This document shows positions 52,907 to 62,681 of a stretch of DNA of 64,000 nt, piece after piece. The stretch covers positions 288,001-352,000 of the forward strand of contig CAWFJP010000004.1 of assembly GCA_963816145.1 (NCBI GenBank), given 5' to 3'. The notes below the pieces were generated by a model. The model made no database searches. It saw only the letters and a list, made by a program, of their open reading frames with translations, and was not told the DNA's origin. Made by a program: the position numbers and the translations under genes. Each line of letters opens with the position of its first letter. Position 1 is the stretch's first letter. The stretch is from an uncultured delta proteobacterium. GTDB taxonomy: Bacteria > Desulfobacterota > Binatia > UBA9968.

Positions 52907-53432
52907 ACGTTTAATGCCAGGCCGACTTAGTGCCGTAAACGATCCTATCAAAGTCGTTGGTTATACGACTACATGGAACGAGATTTCGAAGACGCCTCTG
53001 CCCGTTGTGAATGCTTGCCAGCGCCTGGGCTTTGCGATTGCAGGCAGCAAGCTCAACCAATGGCACTTTGACCGCGTACCCGCTCTTCCATTCCCGACAG
53101 ATCGATAAGCCCTCAGCGAAAAACGACCGACCATACGGAATTCTTCCGGCGGAATTTTTCCCAGCCGTGTTCTTCCGTCGGCAATCCGCTCACGCCGCAA
53201 GGCTAGAGCAGCTCGTTTTATGAACATTGCCGGGCTGAGTCTTGACCCTCAAGACCTCCGATCTGAACCAGACGGGTAAGGAACGGATCGTAGGAAGGAT
53301 TTTCCGATGGTGCAGTAAAATCCGAAACGCCCACCAATTGCCGGCCCCAGTACTCACCAGGTTGCTGTCGACCTCGAATGCTTCCGAGTTGACTTGATTG
53401 TTGCGAATAAGGCGTTCTATAAATTTCCATTC

Positions 53433-55334
53433 ATGGTATCTGGATCGTTTAACTTAAGGGGGCGGGGCAAGCTCAGATTATGCGAGATCGCAATTCTCTG
53501 GATCATTAATTTTGTTCTTTTACCCTTCTCAAATGCACAAACGCTAACCGACCCATCGTTGCGAGTGAGCGAGATTGTCGCTGGGTTGAGCCAGCCCACC
53601 GCGATGGCGTTTATCGGACCGGGCGACATTCTTGTGCTGCAAAAGGGAGATGGACAGGTTAAACGGGTCGTTGACGGGGTGCTGCAAGCGGCCCCGGTCC
53701 TAGATGTAACAGTCGACAATCAATCTGAACGTGGACTTTTGGGGATCGCCGTTCATCCGAACTTTCCAGCGACACCGTTTGTTTATCTTTACTACACACA
53801 AAGCAGCACCTCGACGGATACATCCGGAAACCCGTCGTCGCTCGGCAATCGCGTCTATCGTTACGCCTGGACTGGTAACGCTCTGGTCAGTCCCACTTTG
53901 ATATTGGATTTGCCGGTTACACCAGGACCGAATCATAACGGGGGCACTATGACTTTCGGTCCGGACGGCAAGCTCTATGTGGTCATCGGAGACCTGAACC
54001 GTGATGGACAACTGCAGAATTTCTCCAATGGTCCCGGCCCAGACGATACGGGGGTGATCTTCCGCATCAATGATGATGGTCGCGTTCCGATTGATAATCC
54101 ATTCTTTTCTCAAGGGGGCAATTTAGCAAAGTACTATGCGTACGGGATTCGCAACAGCTTCGGCCTGGCCGTCGATCCACTTACCGGCGAACTTTGGGAT
54201 ACCGAGAACGGACCGAACAACTTCGATGAGATTAATCTGGTGCAGCCGGGCTTCAACAGCGGCTGGAAGCGGATCATGGGTCCGGTGAGTCGTGATGCGG
54301 AAGGAACAAGTGATTTGGTTCAGTTTCCCGGCTCGCATTACGCTGACCCGAAGTTTTCCTGGCTAAATACTGTGGGACCAACTGCTATCGCTTTCATGAA
54401 ATCCCCTCTCCTGGGTGCCAAATACCAGAACGATATTTTTGTTGGAGATATCAATAACGGGAACCTCTACCATTTCGGAGTTAGCGCGACCCGAGATGGG
54501 TTTGACTTTACGAGTCTGGGACTCGCGGATCTGGTAGCGGACAGCAGTGCAGAACTCGAAGAAATTATTTTGGGAACAGGGTTCGGCGGAATCACGGATC
54601 TCAAAGTTGGACCAGACGGCTTGTTGTATGTCCTCTCATTCGGGGTGGGTAAGATATTCGTTTTATCCAGCGACTCCACGACCGAAAACGCGATCTTTGT
54701 TCGTCGGCAATATTTGGATTTTTTAGATCGGGAGCCTGGTCCGGGAGAGTTTACTGCTTGGCTAAACGCGTTGGATAGTGGGTTGGCGAGATCTAGTATG
54801 ATCGAAGCATTCATGGATTCGGGGGAATTTGACTTTAAGGGGGAATTCATCGCCCAGGTTTATTTGGGGATTTTGACTCGGGATGCTGACTATGGTGGAT
54901 TTCGGGGTTGGTTAGGGTTATTGCTCGCAGGAGCATCTGCAGAGCAGATTGTGCAGGCGTTTTTAGTCTCGGGTGAATTTCAGTCTAGGTTTGGCAGCAA
55001 TCTAACCAACGCACAGTTTGTCGAGCGGATGTACAATAATATATTGCTACGGCCGTCTGATCCTGGGGGATTTAATGGTTGGGTACAGGTATTAAACGGC
55101 GGGCAGCTGACTAGGGCACAGGTGGCGTTGAGTTTTTTGGATTCGGGAGAGTTTCAGAATCTGGATGTGAGCCAGAATAGGGTGGACCTATCGCTTTTGT
55201 ATTTCGATATGCTGCGGCGGGATCCTGATGCTGGGAGTTTTTCGGCGTGGGTAGGGGAGCTCGATGCTGGAGTACCTCTCACATCGATAATCGATGCATT
55301 TCTAAATTCCGCTGAATATAAGGCCCGGTTATAG
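53433..55334 (+). CDS. secreted PQQ-dependent sugar dehydrogenase (GSDH/YliI-like) with C-terminal DUF4214-like repeats
   Basis: ERGLLGIAVHPNF, HNGG...FGPDGKLY, YGIRNSFG, ENGP...DEIN, GPDGLLY; signal peptide ending SNA; start uncertain. Confidence 0.85.
   Translation: MVSGSFNLRGRGKLRLCEIAILWIINFVLLPFSNAQTLTDPSLRVSEIVAGLSQPTAMAFIGPGDILVLQKGDGQVKRVVDGVLQAAPVLDVTVDNQSERGLLGIAVHPNFPATPFVYLYYTQSSTSTDTSGNPSSLGNRVYRYAWTGNALVSPTLILDLPVTPGPNHNGGTMTFGPDGKLYVVIGDLNRDGQLQNFSNGPGPDDTGVIFRINDDGRVPIDNPFFSQGGNLAKYYAYGIRNSFGLAVDPLTGELWDTENGPNNFDEINLVQPGFNSGWKRIMGPVSRDAEGTSDLVQFPGSHYADPKFSWLNTVGPTAIAFMKSPLLGAKYQNDIFVGDINNGNLYHFGVSATRDGFDFTSLGLADLVADSSAELEEIILGTGFGGITDLKVGPDGLLYVLSFGVGKIFVLSSDSTTENAIFVRRQYLDFLDREPGPGEFTAWLNALDSGLARSSMIEAFMDSGEFDFKGEFIAQVYLGILTRDADYGGFRGWLGLLLAGASAEQIVQAFLVSGEFQSRFGSNLTNAQFVERMYNNILLRPSDPGGFNGWVQVLNGGQLTRAQVALSFLDSGEFQNLDVSQNRVDLSLLYFDMLRRDPDAGSFSAWVGELDAGVPLTSIIDAFLNSAEYKARL
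54693..55320 (+). repeat. DUF4214-like four-repeat C-terminal module, copy 3
   Basis: 478-bp core about 98% identical to copy 1. Confidence 0.9.
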
Positions 55335-55472
55335 CGAACGAGGCTTCTTATTTGTGTTGGTCCTAGAATCTCTTGGGGGACGGGGGAGACAGTCCCGCAA
55401 CTAGACCCTCTATTCAGTTATCTTCCGGTGTCCTATACGTGCTTTCTGGATTGGACCCGGCAGACGTGAAGA

Positions 55473-57536
55473 GTGCGGAGCTTACATACGGTGATGGGAG
55501 AGAGCGAAAAATCTAAATTAAGACGAGACACGGTTGGCTATAGCCTTTTCCCGCACGGGACTAGGCGTGGCGAAGCTCTCGGCTTCATCAGAAACGCGAT
55601 TTACTTTCTTTTTCGTGGTCCTTCGGCAATTATTTACCAACCGCGGCGAATCGTGCGGACGATTCGCTCTGCGTTGTTTGTCCTGCGCAGAGGCGGGCTC
55701 AAGGCTTTGAGGCTTCGCCTTATGTACAGAGTCAGCGGCCAATTGGACTACGATTCTTGGATCAAAATCCACGATACCTTGACCGCTGCCGATCGCTGTG
55801 CGATCCGCCAGCATATCGAGCGGCTCGATTACAAACCTGTCATTTCGGTGATCATGCCCGTCTACAACACCGATCGGAGGTGGTTGCGAGCGGCCATAGA
55901 TTCCGTTGTTGAGCAACTTTACGACAAATGGGAGCTTTGTATCGCAGACGATGCGTCGACCGAATTTCACGTTAAGAGAATCCTCGAGGAATACCGGACT
56001 AAGGACCGGCGGATAAAGGTCATCTTCCGCGAAAAAAACGGTCATATCTCGGTTGCTTCTAACAGCGCGCTTGAACTTGCGACGGGGAAATTCGTGGCGC
56101 TACTTGACCACGATGATGTGCTGCCTGAGCATGCCTTATATACGATAGCGGTCGAGATGAACGACCATCGGGACGCAGATCTAATCTATAGTGATGAGGA
56201 CAAGATTAACGATGAAGGCCGCCGCTACGACCCCTATTTCAAACCAGACTGGAACCCAGATCTTTTTTTGTCTCAGAACTTGGTCAGCCATCTGGGAGTT
56301 TACCGCACCTCTATTATTAGACAGATCGGCGGGTTCAGGCCCGGTTACGAGGGCAGCCAGGATTGGGATCTTGCAATGCGGGTAGTCGAGAGTATCCCAC
56401 TTGTCCATATACGACATGTTCCTCACATCCTATATCACTGGCGCGCAATACGAGGATCGGCTGCTCTTACGGAGGATCAGAAGAACTACGTCCACGCAGC
56501 GCAGTTCAAGACGCTTCAATCTAACTTTGATCGTAGTGGCGACGATGTGGCAATTCTCCCGGCGGTGGGCGGGTACTGGCGCATCCGATATCCCCTGCCA
56601 CAGTCAGCGCCTCATGTCACGTTGCTTATTCCCACTCGAAATGGCCTCAGCCTTTTGCAACGATGCTTGGGCAGTCTTTTTGACAAAACAACTTATCCCA
56701 ACTTTGACGTAATCATACTTGACAATCAGTCGGATGATCCGGATATGTTGGTTTACCTCAGTGAGTTGGAGAGAACGAAGGCCGTCCAAATACTCCGCTA
56801 TGACGCACCGTTCAATTACGCCGCGATCAACAATTACGGGGTTCGACATGCGCGTGGAGAGATCATCGGTCTGCTCAACAATGATGTTGAGGTGATCTCA
56901 CCTGATTGGCTGGAAGAAATGGTAACGCATGCTCTCCGACCCGATATCGGCGCGGTAGGGGCGATGTTGTATTTTCCTGATGACACCATTCAGCATGCTG
57001 GTGTCATCCTTGGCCTCGGTGTGTATGGGGTGGCGGCCCATCCATATCAGCGTAGGCCACGAGGCTTGCAGGGCCAGATGGGGCGTGCGCTACTTGTGCA
57101 AAATCTTACTGCTGTTACTGCTGCCTGTTTAGTTTTGCGACGAGCCGTTTTCGAGGAGGTGGCAGGGATGGATGAACTCAACTTACCGGTAGCATTCAAC
57201 GACGTAGATTTATGTCTGCGCATTCGAGAAGCCGGATATAGGAATCTGTGGACTCCTTACGCGGAACTTTATCATCGCGAGTCGGCTAGTCGTGGATTTG
57301 ACGACATTCCGAATAAAAAAGTCCGTTTTCAAAAGGAGAGGGATTACATGATAAGCCGCTGGGGGGAAGTTTTGGTGAGCGATCCCGCTTATAACCCCAA
57401 TTTGGCACTGGACCAGGACGGCTTTATGCTTGCCTATCCTCCACGAGTTGCAAAACCCTGGCTTGCGGAGGAAGTTCGGCCGGGAGTAAAGGCGACGACC
57501 CAAAGTGCCGCCGCCTTTGAACGAGACTTCTCATAA
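55473..57536 (+). CDS. tandem GT2-GT2 glycosyltransferase (O-antigen/surface-glycan synthesis)
   Basis: SVIMPVYN...ADDAS...LDHDD...YSDEDK...SQDWDL; second domain LIPTRN...LLNNDVE...AVTAAC...FNDVDLC. Confidence 0.9.
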   Translation: MRSLHTVMGESEKSKLRRDTVGYSLFPHGTRRGEALGFIRNAIYFLFRGPSAIIYQPRRIVRTIRSALFVLRRGGLKALRLRLMYRVSGQLDYDSWIKIHDTLTAADRCAIRQHIERLDYKPVISVIMPVYNTDRRWLRAAIDSVVEQLYDKWELCIADDASTEFHVKRILEEYRTKDRRIKVIFREKNGHISVASNSALELATGKFVALLDHDDVLPEHALYTIAVEMNDHRDADLIYSDEDKINDEGRRYDPYFKPDWNPDLFLSQNLVSHLGVYRTSIIRQIGGFRPGYEGSQDWDLAMRVVESIPLVHIRHVPHILYHWRAIRGSAALTEDQKNYVHAAQFKTLQSNFDRSGDDVAILPAVGGYWRIRYPLPQSAPHVTLLIPTRNGLSLLQRCLGSLFDKTTYPNFDVIILDNQSDDPDMLVYLSELERTKAVQILRYDAPFNYAAINNYGVRHARGEIIGLLNNDVEVISPDWLEEMVTHALRPDIGAVGAMLYFPDDTIQHAGVILGLGVYGVAAHPYQRRPRGLQGQMGRALLVQNLTAVTAACLVLRRAVFEEVAGMDELNLPVAFNDVDLCLRIREAGYRNLWTPYAELYHRESASRGFDDIPNKKVRFQKERDYMISRWGEVLVSDPAYNPNLALDQDGFMLAYPPRVAKPWLAEEVRPGVKATTQSAAAFERDFS

Positions 57537-57548
57537 AGTGCCGGTGAC

Positions 57549-59498
57549 ATGAAAGATGTAACGCCCCAGGTTAGTGAACCTGAGAAAAAAGTGAGCGAGT
57601 TGAAAGATAAAGTTGATCTACTGGAACGTTCGCTGCAACAAGCGCTTTACGAAAGGGATGTTTTAGAGTTTGAACTCCAGAAAATCAATAACAGTCTCTC
57701 TTGGCTGACAATAATAAAATATCGAGAATTACGTGACTGGTGTCTTCCGATCGGGACGAGACGTCGCCACGCTTACGACTCTGTACGAGGTAATCTTAGA
57801 GCGCTGATTTTACATACGGGTCCAAGCTCTGACCTTACTCGTCGGCACATTCCGGAGCAGATGGTGAGCACTCCCGAAGTTGGCTCCATCGAGCAGCCCT
57901 TGGCGAATGAGACGGTGCGACGCATGCCCATAGGGGTGTGGGGCTGGGCGGTTCTCGCTGGGCCCCTCGCGCGGGTTGACATCACAGTGGATGGGGAGGT
58001 TCAGGGGGCTGCCCGTCTCGGTGTTTACCGGCCCGAACTAGCAGTGTTGTTTCCAGGTCGACCCGATGCCATCGTTAGCGGGTTCGAGTATCTCCTTGAC
58101 TTGACGGGCCTGCCGGGAGAACGCAGCACTGTTACCTTGGGCGCGGACGCCCGCGGCCTCGACGGTTCATGTTATAAACTCTCCGAGGTCACAATCGGGA
58201 TCGGCCCTCGAGAGACCCCATACGAGGATTTCAACGGACGAACGGCCCGGCTTCGCGCAGAGCCCAGGCGCCAGGTCTCGCGAGAATCCGGGACCGGCGA
58301 GGAATCGATTCGACTACTTGCCTTCACCCATCACCTGGGATACGGAGGCGGGCAGCTGTACCTCTACGAGCTTCTGCGGCAACTCCGTCGCCAGGACGAC
58401 TTTACCAGTACGGTAGTAGCACCTGAAGACGGGCCACTACGCTCTGCAATCGAGGATTTGGGTATCCCTGTTCATGTCACTCATGGGTACCCTTACCAGA
58501 ACCTCGAGATGTTCGAGCGGCAGATCCATGAGCTTATGGCTTGGGCTCGTCCCCAGGGATTCAACGCGGCACTAGTGAACACGGTGGGTACTCTACCTGG
58601 GCCCGAGGTAGCCATTGGCCTGGACATTCCCTTCGTCTGGGCCATTCACGAGAGCTGGACGCCCCGCGTGATCTGGTCCGTGATTCATCCACCTCCCGGC
58701 GCACATCCTCAAGTCCGGCGAAGGGTCATTGATGCGCTAGGCAAAGCCGCGGCGGTCGTATTTGAAGCCGATGCCACTCGGCTCCAGTACCAGCCTTACG
58801 GTGATCCTGAGCGGTTCATCCTTGTGCCCTACGGCATCGATGTGGGTTCAGTTGATCGCTATCGGGCCTCGTTCGACCGCGTCTCGGCCCGTCGGCGCCT
58901 CGGAATTCCCAACACCGCGACCGCCATCCTCTGCATGAGCACCATTGAACCGCGCAAAGCACAAGTGCTCCTGGTCCAAGCGTTCCGGCAGGTGGCGGAG
59001 GCCCATGCCGACGCCTTCCTCATCCTGGTCGGCGATACAGGTTCCCCGTATGGCGAGGCCGTCCGGTCCTTGGTAGCTGCAGCCGGACTGCGGAAGCGTG
59101 TCATAATCTCCCGGGTGGTTCCAGAACCCTATGAGTGGTACGCAGCGGCCGACCTCTTAGTCTGCCCGTCGGATGTGGAATCGCTGCCTAGATGCGTCCT
59201 CGAAGCGATGGCATTTGAGCTCCCGGTGCTTGCGACGGAAGTGTTTGGGCTTCCGGAACTGATCAAGGATGGGGAGAACGGTTATCTCTGTCGGCCATGC
59301 GATCTCGGTGCGCTCGCCACTGCTCTGGATCGTGTGTTAAGCGAAGACAAGGAAAAGCGCCGACAGGTAGCAAGGAACGGCGCCAATTTGGTTCGCACGC
59401 GCCACGATTCGCGTGGATATGCGGACGCGTATCTGCGTCTGATGCGAGGGCTAATCCAGAACCCCGAGGCCAAACCTCGTGACCTTTTGGCCGGGTAG
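57549..59498 (+). CDS. multidomain glycosyltransferase: N-terminal coiled coil, Ig-like segment, GT4 domain
   Basis: heptad-like N-terminus; GWAV...VDG...RPEL...SGFE; HHLGYGGG; ESLPRCVLEAMA (EX7E). Confidence 0.82.
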   Translation: MKDVTPQVSEPEKKVSELKDKVDLLERSLQQALYERDVLEFELQKINNSLSWLTIIKYRELRDWCLPIGTRRRHAYDSVRGNLRALILHTGPSSDLTRRHIPEQMVSTPEVGSIEQPLANETVRRMPIGVWGWAVLAGPLARVDITVDGEVQGAARLGVYRPELAVLFPGRPDAIVSGFEYLLDLTGLPGERSTVTLGADARGLDGSCYKLSEVTIGIGPRETPYEDFNGRTARLRAEPRRQVSRESGTGEESIRLLAFTHHLGYGGGQLYLYELLRQLRRQDDFTSTVVAPEDGPLRSAIEDLGIPVHVTHGYPYQNLEMFERQIHELMAWARPQGFNAALVNTVGTLPGPEVAIGLDIPFVWAIHESWTPRVIWSVIHPPPGAHPQVRRRVIDALGKAAAVVFEADATRLQYQPYGDPERFILVPYGIDVGSVDRYRASFDRVSARRRLGIPNTATAILCMSTIEPRKAQVLLVQAFRQVAEAHADAFLILVGDTGSPYGEAVRSLVAAAGLRKRVIISRVVPEPYEWYAAADLLVCPSDVESLPRCVLEAMAFELPVLATEVFGLPELIKDGENGYLCRPCDLGALATALDRVLSEDKEKRRQVARNGANLVRTRHDSRGYADAYLRLMRGLIQNPEAKPRDLLAG

Positions 59499-59635
59499 TC
59501 GTTGTCGTCGGTTCAAGGCCGTGTTGCGGCTCTGGACGAATTCGCCGCGGGTACTGTAAGGTGTTCAATTCCAGTTGACGGGTTATTATCACACGTGGTC
59601 CTGATTCTGTCACGAAGCCGGAAGGATTGGTAAAC

Positions 59636-60580
59636 ATGGCTATCAGCGGTCAAGAACGTTGGGACAAAGCATTCAGCAGTGATCACGCAAAGCCTGAGCA
59701 AATCCGCGCCATCTACACATTGGCGTCTGAACTATACTGGCATCTTTATGGCAACCGCTGCTTTGGCAATACCGGCAGTGAATACGGGTGGCTCTCGTGG
59801 CTTTATCGGGTGTACGGGCATCCACGGCCGCGCCGTGTACTCGAGCTCGGCAGCGGAAACGGTGATTTGCTGTTGGACCTGCAACGCATGAATTTTGCCG
59901 ACCAATACGTAGGTATTGATGTCTCCGCCGTTGGTGTAGAGGTCTCTCAACAAAAGGCGACCGAGGCGGGCATCTCGAACGTTCGATTTGAGGTGGGCGA
60001 TTTGAATCAGCTCCAATTAGCTCCGCTGTGCTACGATATGATTCTGGCGCAGATGTGCATCCACCACATCGAGAATCTCGAACACCTTTTTGCACAGGTA
60101 GCGCGTGCGCTTACACCCGATGGCCTATTCGCCATCTGTGACTTTGTAGGTCCCAGCCGATGGCAATTTACCCGGATGCAAATTCTGCTCGCAAATGCTC
60201 TGCTTTACTGCGTACCAGATCGATTGAAGGTAAGTCACCCTGAGGGGAACATTAAAGGTCGACTTAAGCGACCTACTATCGGTGAGATGCTGGCGATGGA
60301 TGCGTCCGAGGCGGTTCGTTCCGAGGAGATTTTACAGGTGTTCAAGCAATACTTTCGCGTCGAGTCTGTGATCGACTTCGGTGGCAGCGTTTCGATCCCC
60401 GTTTTAGATAGGATTATTAGCAACTTTCATGCAGGGGACCTAACCAGTGTTAGATGGCTTAAGTTTGTACTTTGGACAGATCATTGGGCGCGCCGTCTAC
60501 GTCTGGTTCCGCGGGTTAATCTGGTACTCGCAGGGCGCCCACGCAATGATGTGCGTAACACGTCTTTATCTACGGGATAG
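59636..60580 (+). CDS. class I SAM-dependent methyltransferase
   Basis: VLELGSGNG, GIDVS, IHHIENL, DFVGPSRWQ, SEAVRS. Confidence 0.85.
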   Translation: MAISGQERWDKAFSSDHAKPEQIRAIYTLASELYWHLYGNRCFGNTGSEYGWLSWLYRVYGHPRPRRVLELGSGNGDLLLDLQRMNFADQYVGIDVSAVGVEVSQQKATEAGISNVRFEVGDLNQLQLAPLCYDMILAQMCIHHIENLEHLFAQVARALTPDGLFAICDFVGPSRWQFTRMQILLANALLYCVPDRLKVSHPEGNIKGRLKRPTIGEMLAMDASEAVRSEEILQVFKQYFRVESVIDFGGSVSIPVLDRIISNFHAGDLTSVRWLKFVLWTDHWARRLRLVPRVNLVLAGRPRNDVRNTSLSTG

Positions 60581-60722
60581 AGAGCACCCAAGCTATCAAG
60601 TCGCGGCATAAGCCGAGGTGCAACATGCGGGGAGACGCAGTTTAAGTCTTGGGTCTAGAAGCCGCGACGGAAAAATGACGACCGGATATCAAGTCAGGAG
60701 TTTTTACCGCAAACTTGTGACT

Positions 60723-60854
60723 CTGGCGAGACCGCTGGTCTTCTCTAGGAAGGTCTATGAAACAGATCCTCTCGCGTGCCTGAAGTGCCCAAGCGATGCT
60801 TATCAATCCAAATTTCGGAACCAGAGAATCGTCGCTCTAATGAGGCACCTGAAG
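60723..60854 (+). mobile_element. IS91-family (Y2) transposase C-terminal remnant
   Basis: RKVYETDPLACLKC...IVALMRHLK resembles the W-x2-L-x2-KVYEVDPLxCPxC...ILRHL tail of IS91-like transposases. Confidence 0.6.
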
Positions 60855-60948
60855 CCAAGGCAAAGCTCTAGTTTGGTCAGCTAGGTAGCCGGGTTTCGCA
60901 GAGCAACGAATCGCGCCATTTTAGTTGTAATCAAAGTGGAGCGTTTAT

Positions 60949-61776
60949 TTGGAATTAAGAAACCTCAAATCACTGGTCACGAATATTCGATTGAAAGTCC
61001 GTTCTGGCGCGGAAAGGCATTACTGCCCTTTATGTAATCAACAGGTTAAAAACTATCTACCATTGCCTGACTTCTATTTAGATAATCTCCGAAAGTATGG
61101 CTGGAAATATAGTTTTGAAGACTCTGAATTCTGCAACGTAAAAAATTATTTATGTCCTTCTTGCGGTGCCAGTGATCGTGACAGATTGTACGCCTTGTAT
61201 CTAAAGCGATATTTCGCCAAAACTCGACGTGAAAATGCCATCAGGATCGTTGATTTTGCGCCCTCACCGCAGTTAACGGCTTTTATCAAGAATTTGGCGA
61301 CCGCATTAAATCAAAACATCACCTATCGGAGTGCCGATTTGTTCATGCAGGAGGCGGATGACAGGGTTGATATAATGGATATGACAATCTACCCGGACAA
61401 GCACTTTGATTTTTTTGTCTGTTCGCACATGCTTGAGCACGTCGTCGATGATCGGAAGGCGCTACGAGAATTATACAGAATCTTAAAGTGGGGCGGACAG
61501 GGCATCTTAGTTGTACCGATTGTGCTGAGCATTGATGAAATTGATGAAGACCCTTCAGTGACCGACGTCGCCGAGCGGTGGCGGCGGTTCGGGCAAGATG
61601 ACCACGTGCGGTTGTATTCCAAGCAAGGGTTCTTAAGAAGAATAGAGGAAGCAGGATTTGTCGTTCATCAGCTTGGTCAGAAATTCTTTGGCAAAAAAGT
61701 GTTCACGCAGAACGGCATTACGCCGCAGAGTGTCTTATACATAGTAGAGAAAACGGAGCACTGCGAACTCCCGTGA
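60949..61776 (+). CDS. SAM-dependent methyltransferase-like protein with N-terminal CxxC/CxxC
   Basis: CPLC, CPSCGASDRDR, DFAP, CSHMLEHVVDD, FGQDDHVR. Confidence 0.78.
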   Translation: MELRNLKSLVTNIRLKVRSGAERHYCPLCNQQVKNYLPLPDFYLDNLRKYGWKYSFEDSEFCNVKNYLCPSCGASDRDRLYALYLKRYFAKTRRENAIRIVDFAPSPQLTAFIKNLATALNQNITYRSADLFMQEADDRVDIMDMTIYPDKHFDFFVCSHMLEHVVDDRKALRELYRILKWGGQGILVVPIVLSIDEIDEDPSVTDVAERWRRFGQDDHVRLYSKQGFLRRIEEAGFVVHQLGQKFFGKKVFTQNGITPQSVLYIVEKTEHCELP

Positions 61777-62681
61777 ACGGCTACCTACATCCGATTTACG
61801 CAAATTCGCTGATAGCGTTTGGCAGCCCACGTGAATTGCCTCGCAGCCGAGGTTGGCTATTAGAACGACAGATTCACGGTCATGCCGAACATGACGCGAT
61901 GGGCGTGTATCCGCTGTTTGCCTGTCAGGATTGGTCGAACTTACACGTAGATTTGGACGAGATAAAGCACGACTTGATCAGTTTAGCTTTAATCACTGAT
62001 CCGTTTGGTGATTACGATGAATCTTATCTGCGTCGATGCTTCAGAGATGTGGTATTCCCTTTCAAAGAACACTTCGTTGTCGATCTGAATCGTCCAATAG
62101 GCACTGTTGTCGGTCACCACCACCGTCGGAATATTAAGAAAGTGCTCGATCAGATTTGCGTAGAGAGATGCGCAAAACCCGCTGGGCACCTCGAGGAGTG
62201 GTGCAGCCTATACACGAATCTAATCCAGCGGTATCAAATCACCGGCATAGCAGCATTTTCGCGCGATGCGTTTGCGAAGCAATTGCACGTTCCTGGTATG
62301 GTAGCGTTCCGGGCAAGTCATAAAGGTGTTACAGTTGGAATGCTCCTATGGTACATCTACGGGAGTGTCGGCTATTATCATCTCGGAGCTTACAGTGAGT
62401 TAGGCTACGAAATGCGGGCTTCATTTGGTTTGTTTTCATTCGCTATTGAGTATTTCGCTGCTCATGGGCTGCGTTGGCTGAACCTTGGCGCTGGTGCCGG
62501 TGTCGAGGGAGATAGTACAGATGGTTTGAGTCGCTTTAAGCGCGGTTGGTCTACCGGCACCCGGACCGTTTACTTCTGTGGCCGCATTTTTAACCAAGCG
62601 CGGTATACGGAAATAGTAAAAGCGAGCGGACTTGGCAGCACTACGTATTTCCCGGCCTATCGGCGAGGTGAGTTCCGTTGA
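61773..62681 (+). CDS. GNAT/FemAB-like acyltransferase
   Basis: YYHLGA, LNLGAGAG, GLSRFKRGW; GTGA overlap with the upstream stop. Confidence 0.7.
   Translation: MNGYLHPIYANSLIAFGSPRELPRSRGWLLERQIHGHAEHDAMGVYPLFACQDWSNLHVDLDEIKHDLISLALITDPFGDYDESYLRRCFRDVVFPFKEHFVVDLNRPIGTVVGHHHRRNIKKVLDQICVERCAKPAGHLEEWCSLYTNLIQRYQITGIAAFSRDAFAKQLHVPGMVAFRASHKGVTVGMLLWYIYGSVGYYHLGAYSELGYEMRASFGLFSFAIEYFAAHGLRWLNLGAGAGVEGDSTDGLSRFKRGWSTGTRTVYFCGRIFNQARYTEIVKASGLGSTTYFPAYRRGEFR

Noticed and set aside
53230-53260. Hairpin GTCTTGA-CCC-TCAAGAC as a terminator or REP
   Set aside because: Short stem, no T tail, single copy in the window.
49941-55276. Template/variable repeat pair of a diversity-generating retroelement
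   Set aside because: 5 of 8 mismatches are at adenines of copy 1, but 3 are not; both copies are coding, the repeat is much longer than a typical TR/VR, and there is no reverse transcriptase in the window.
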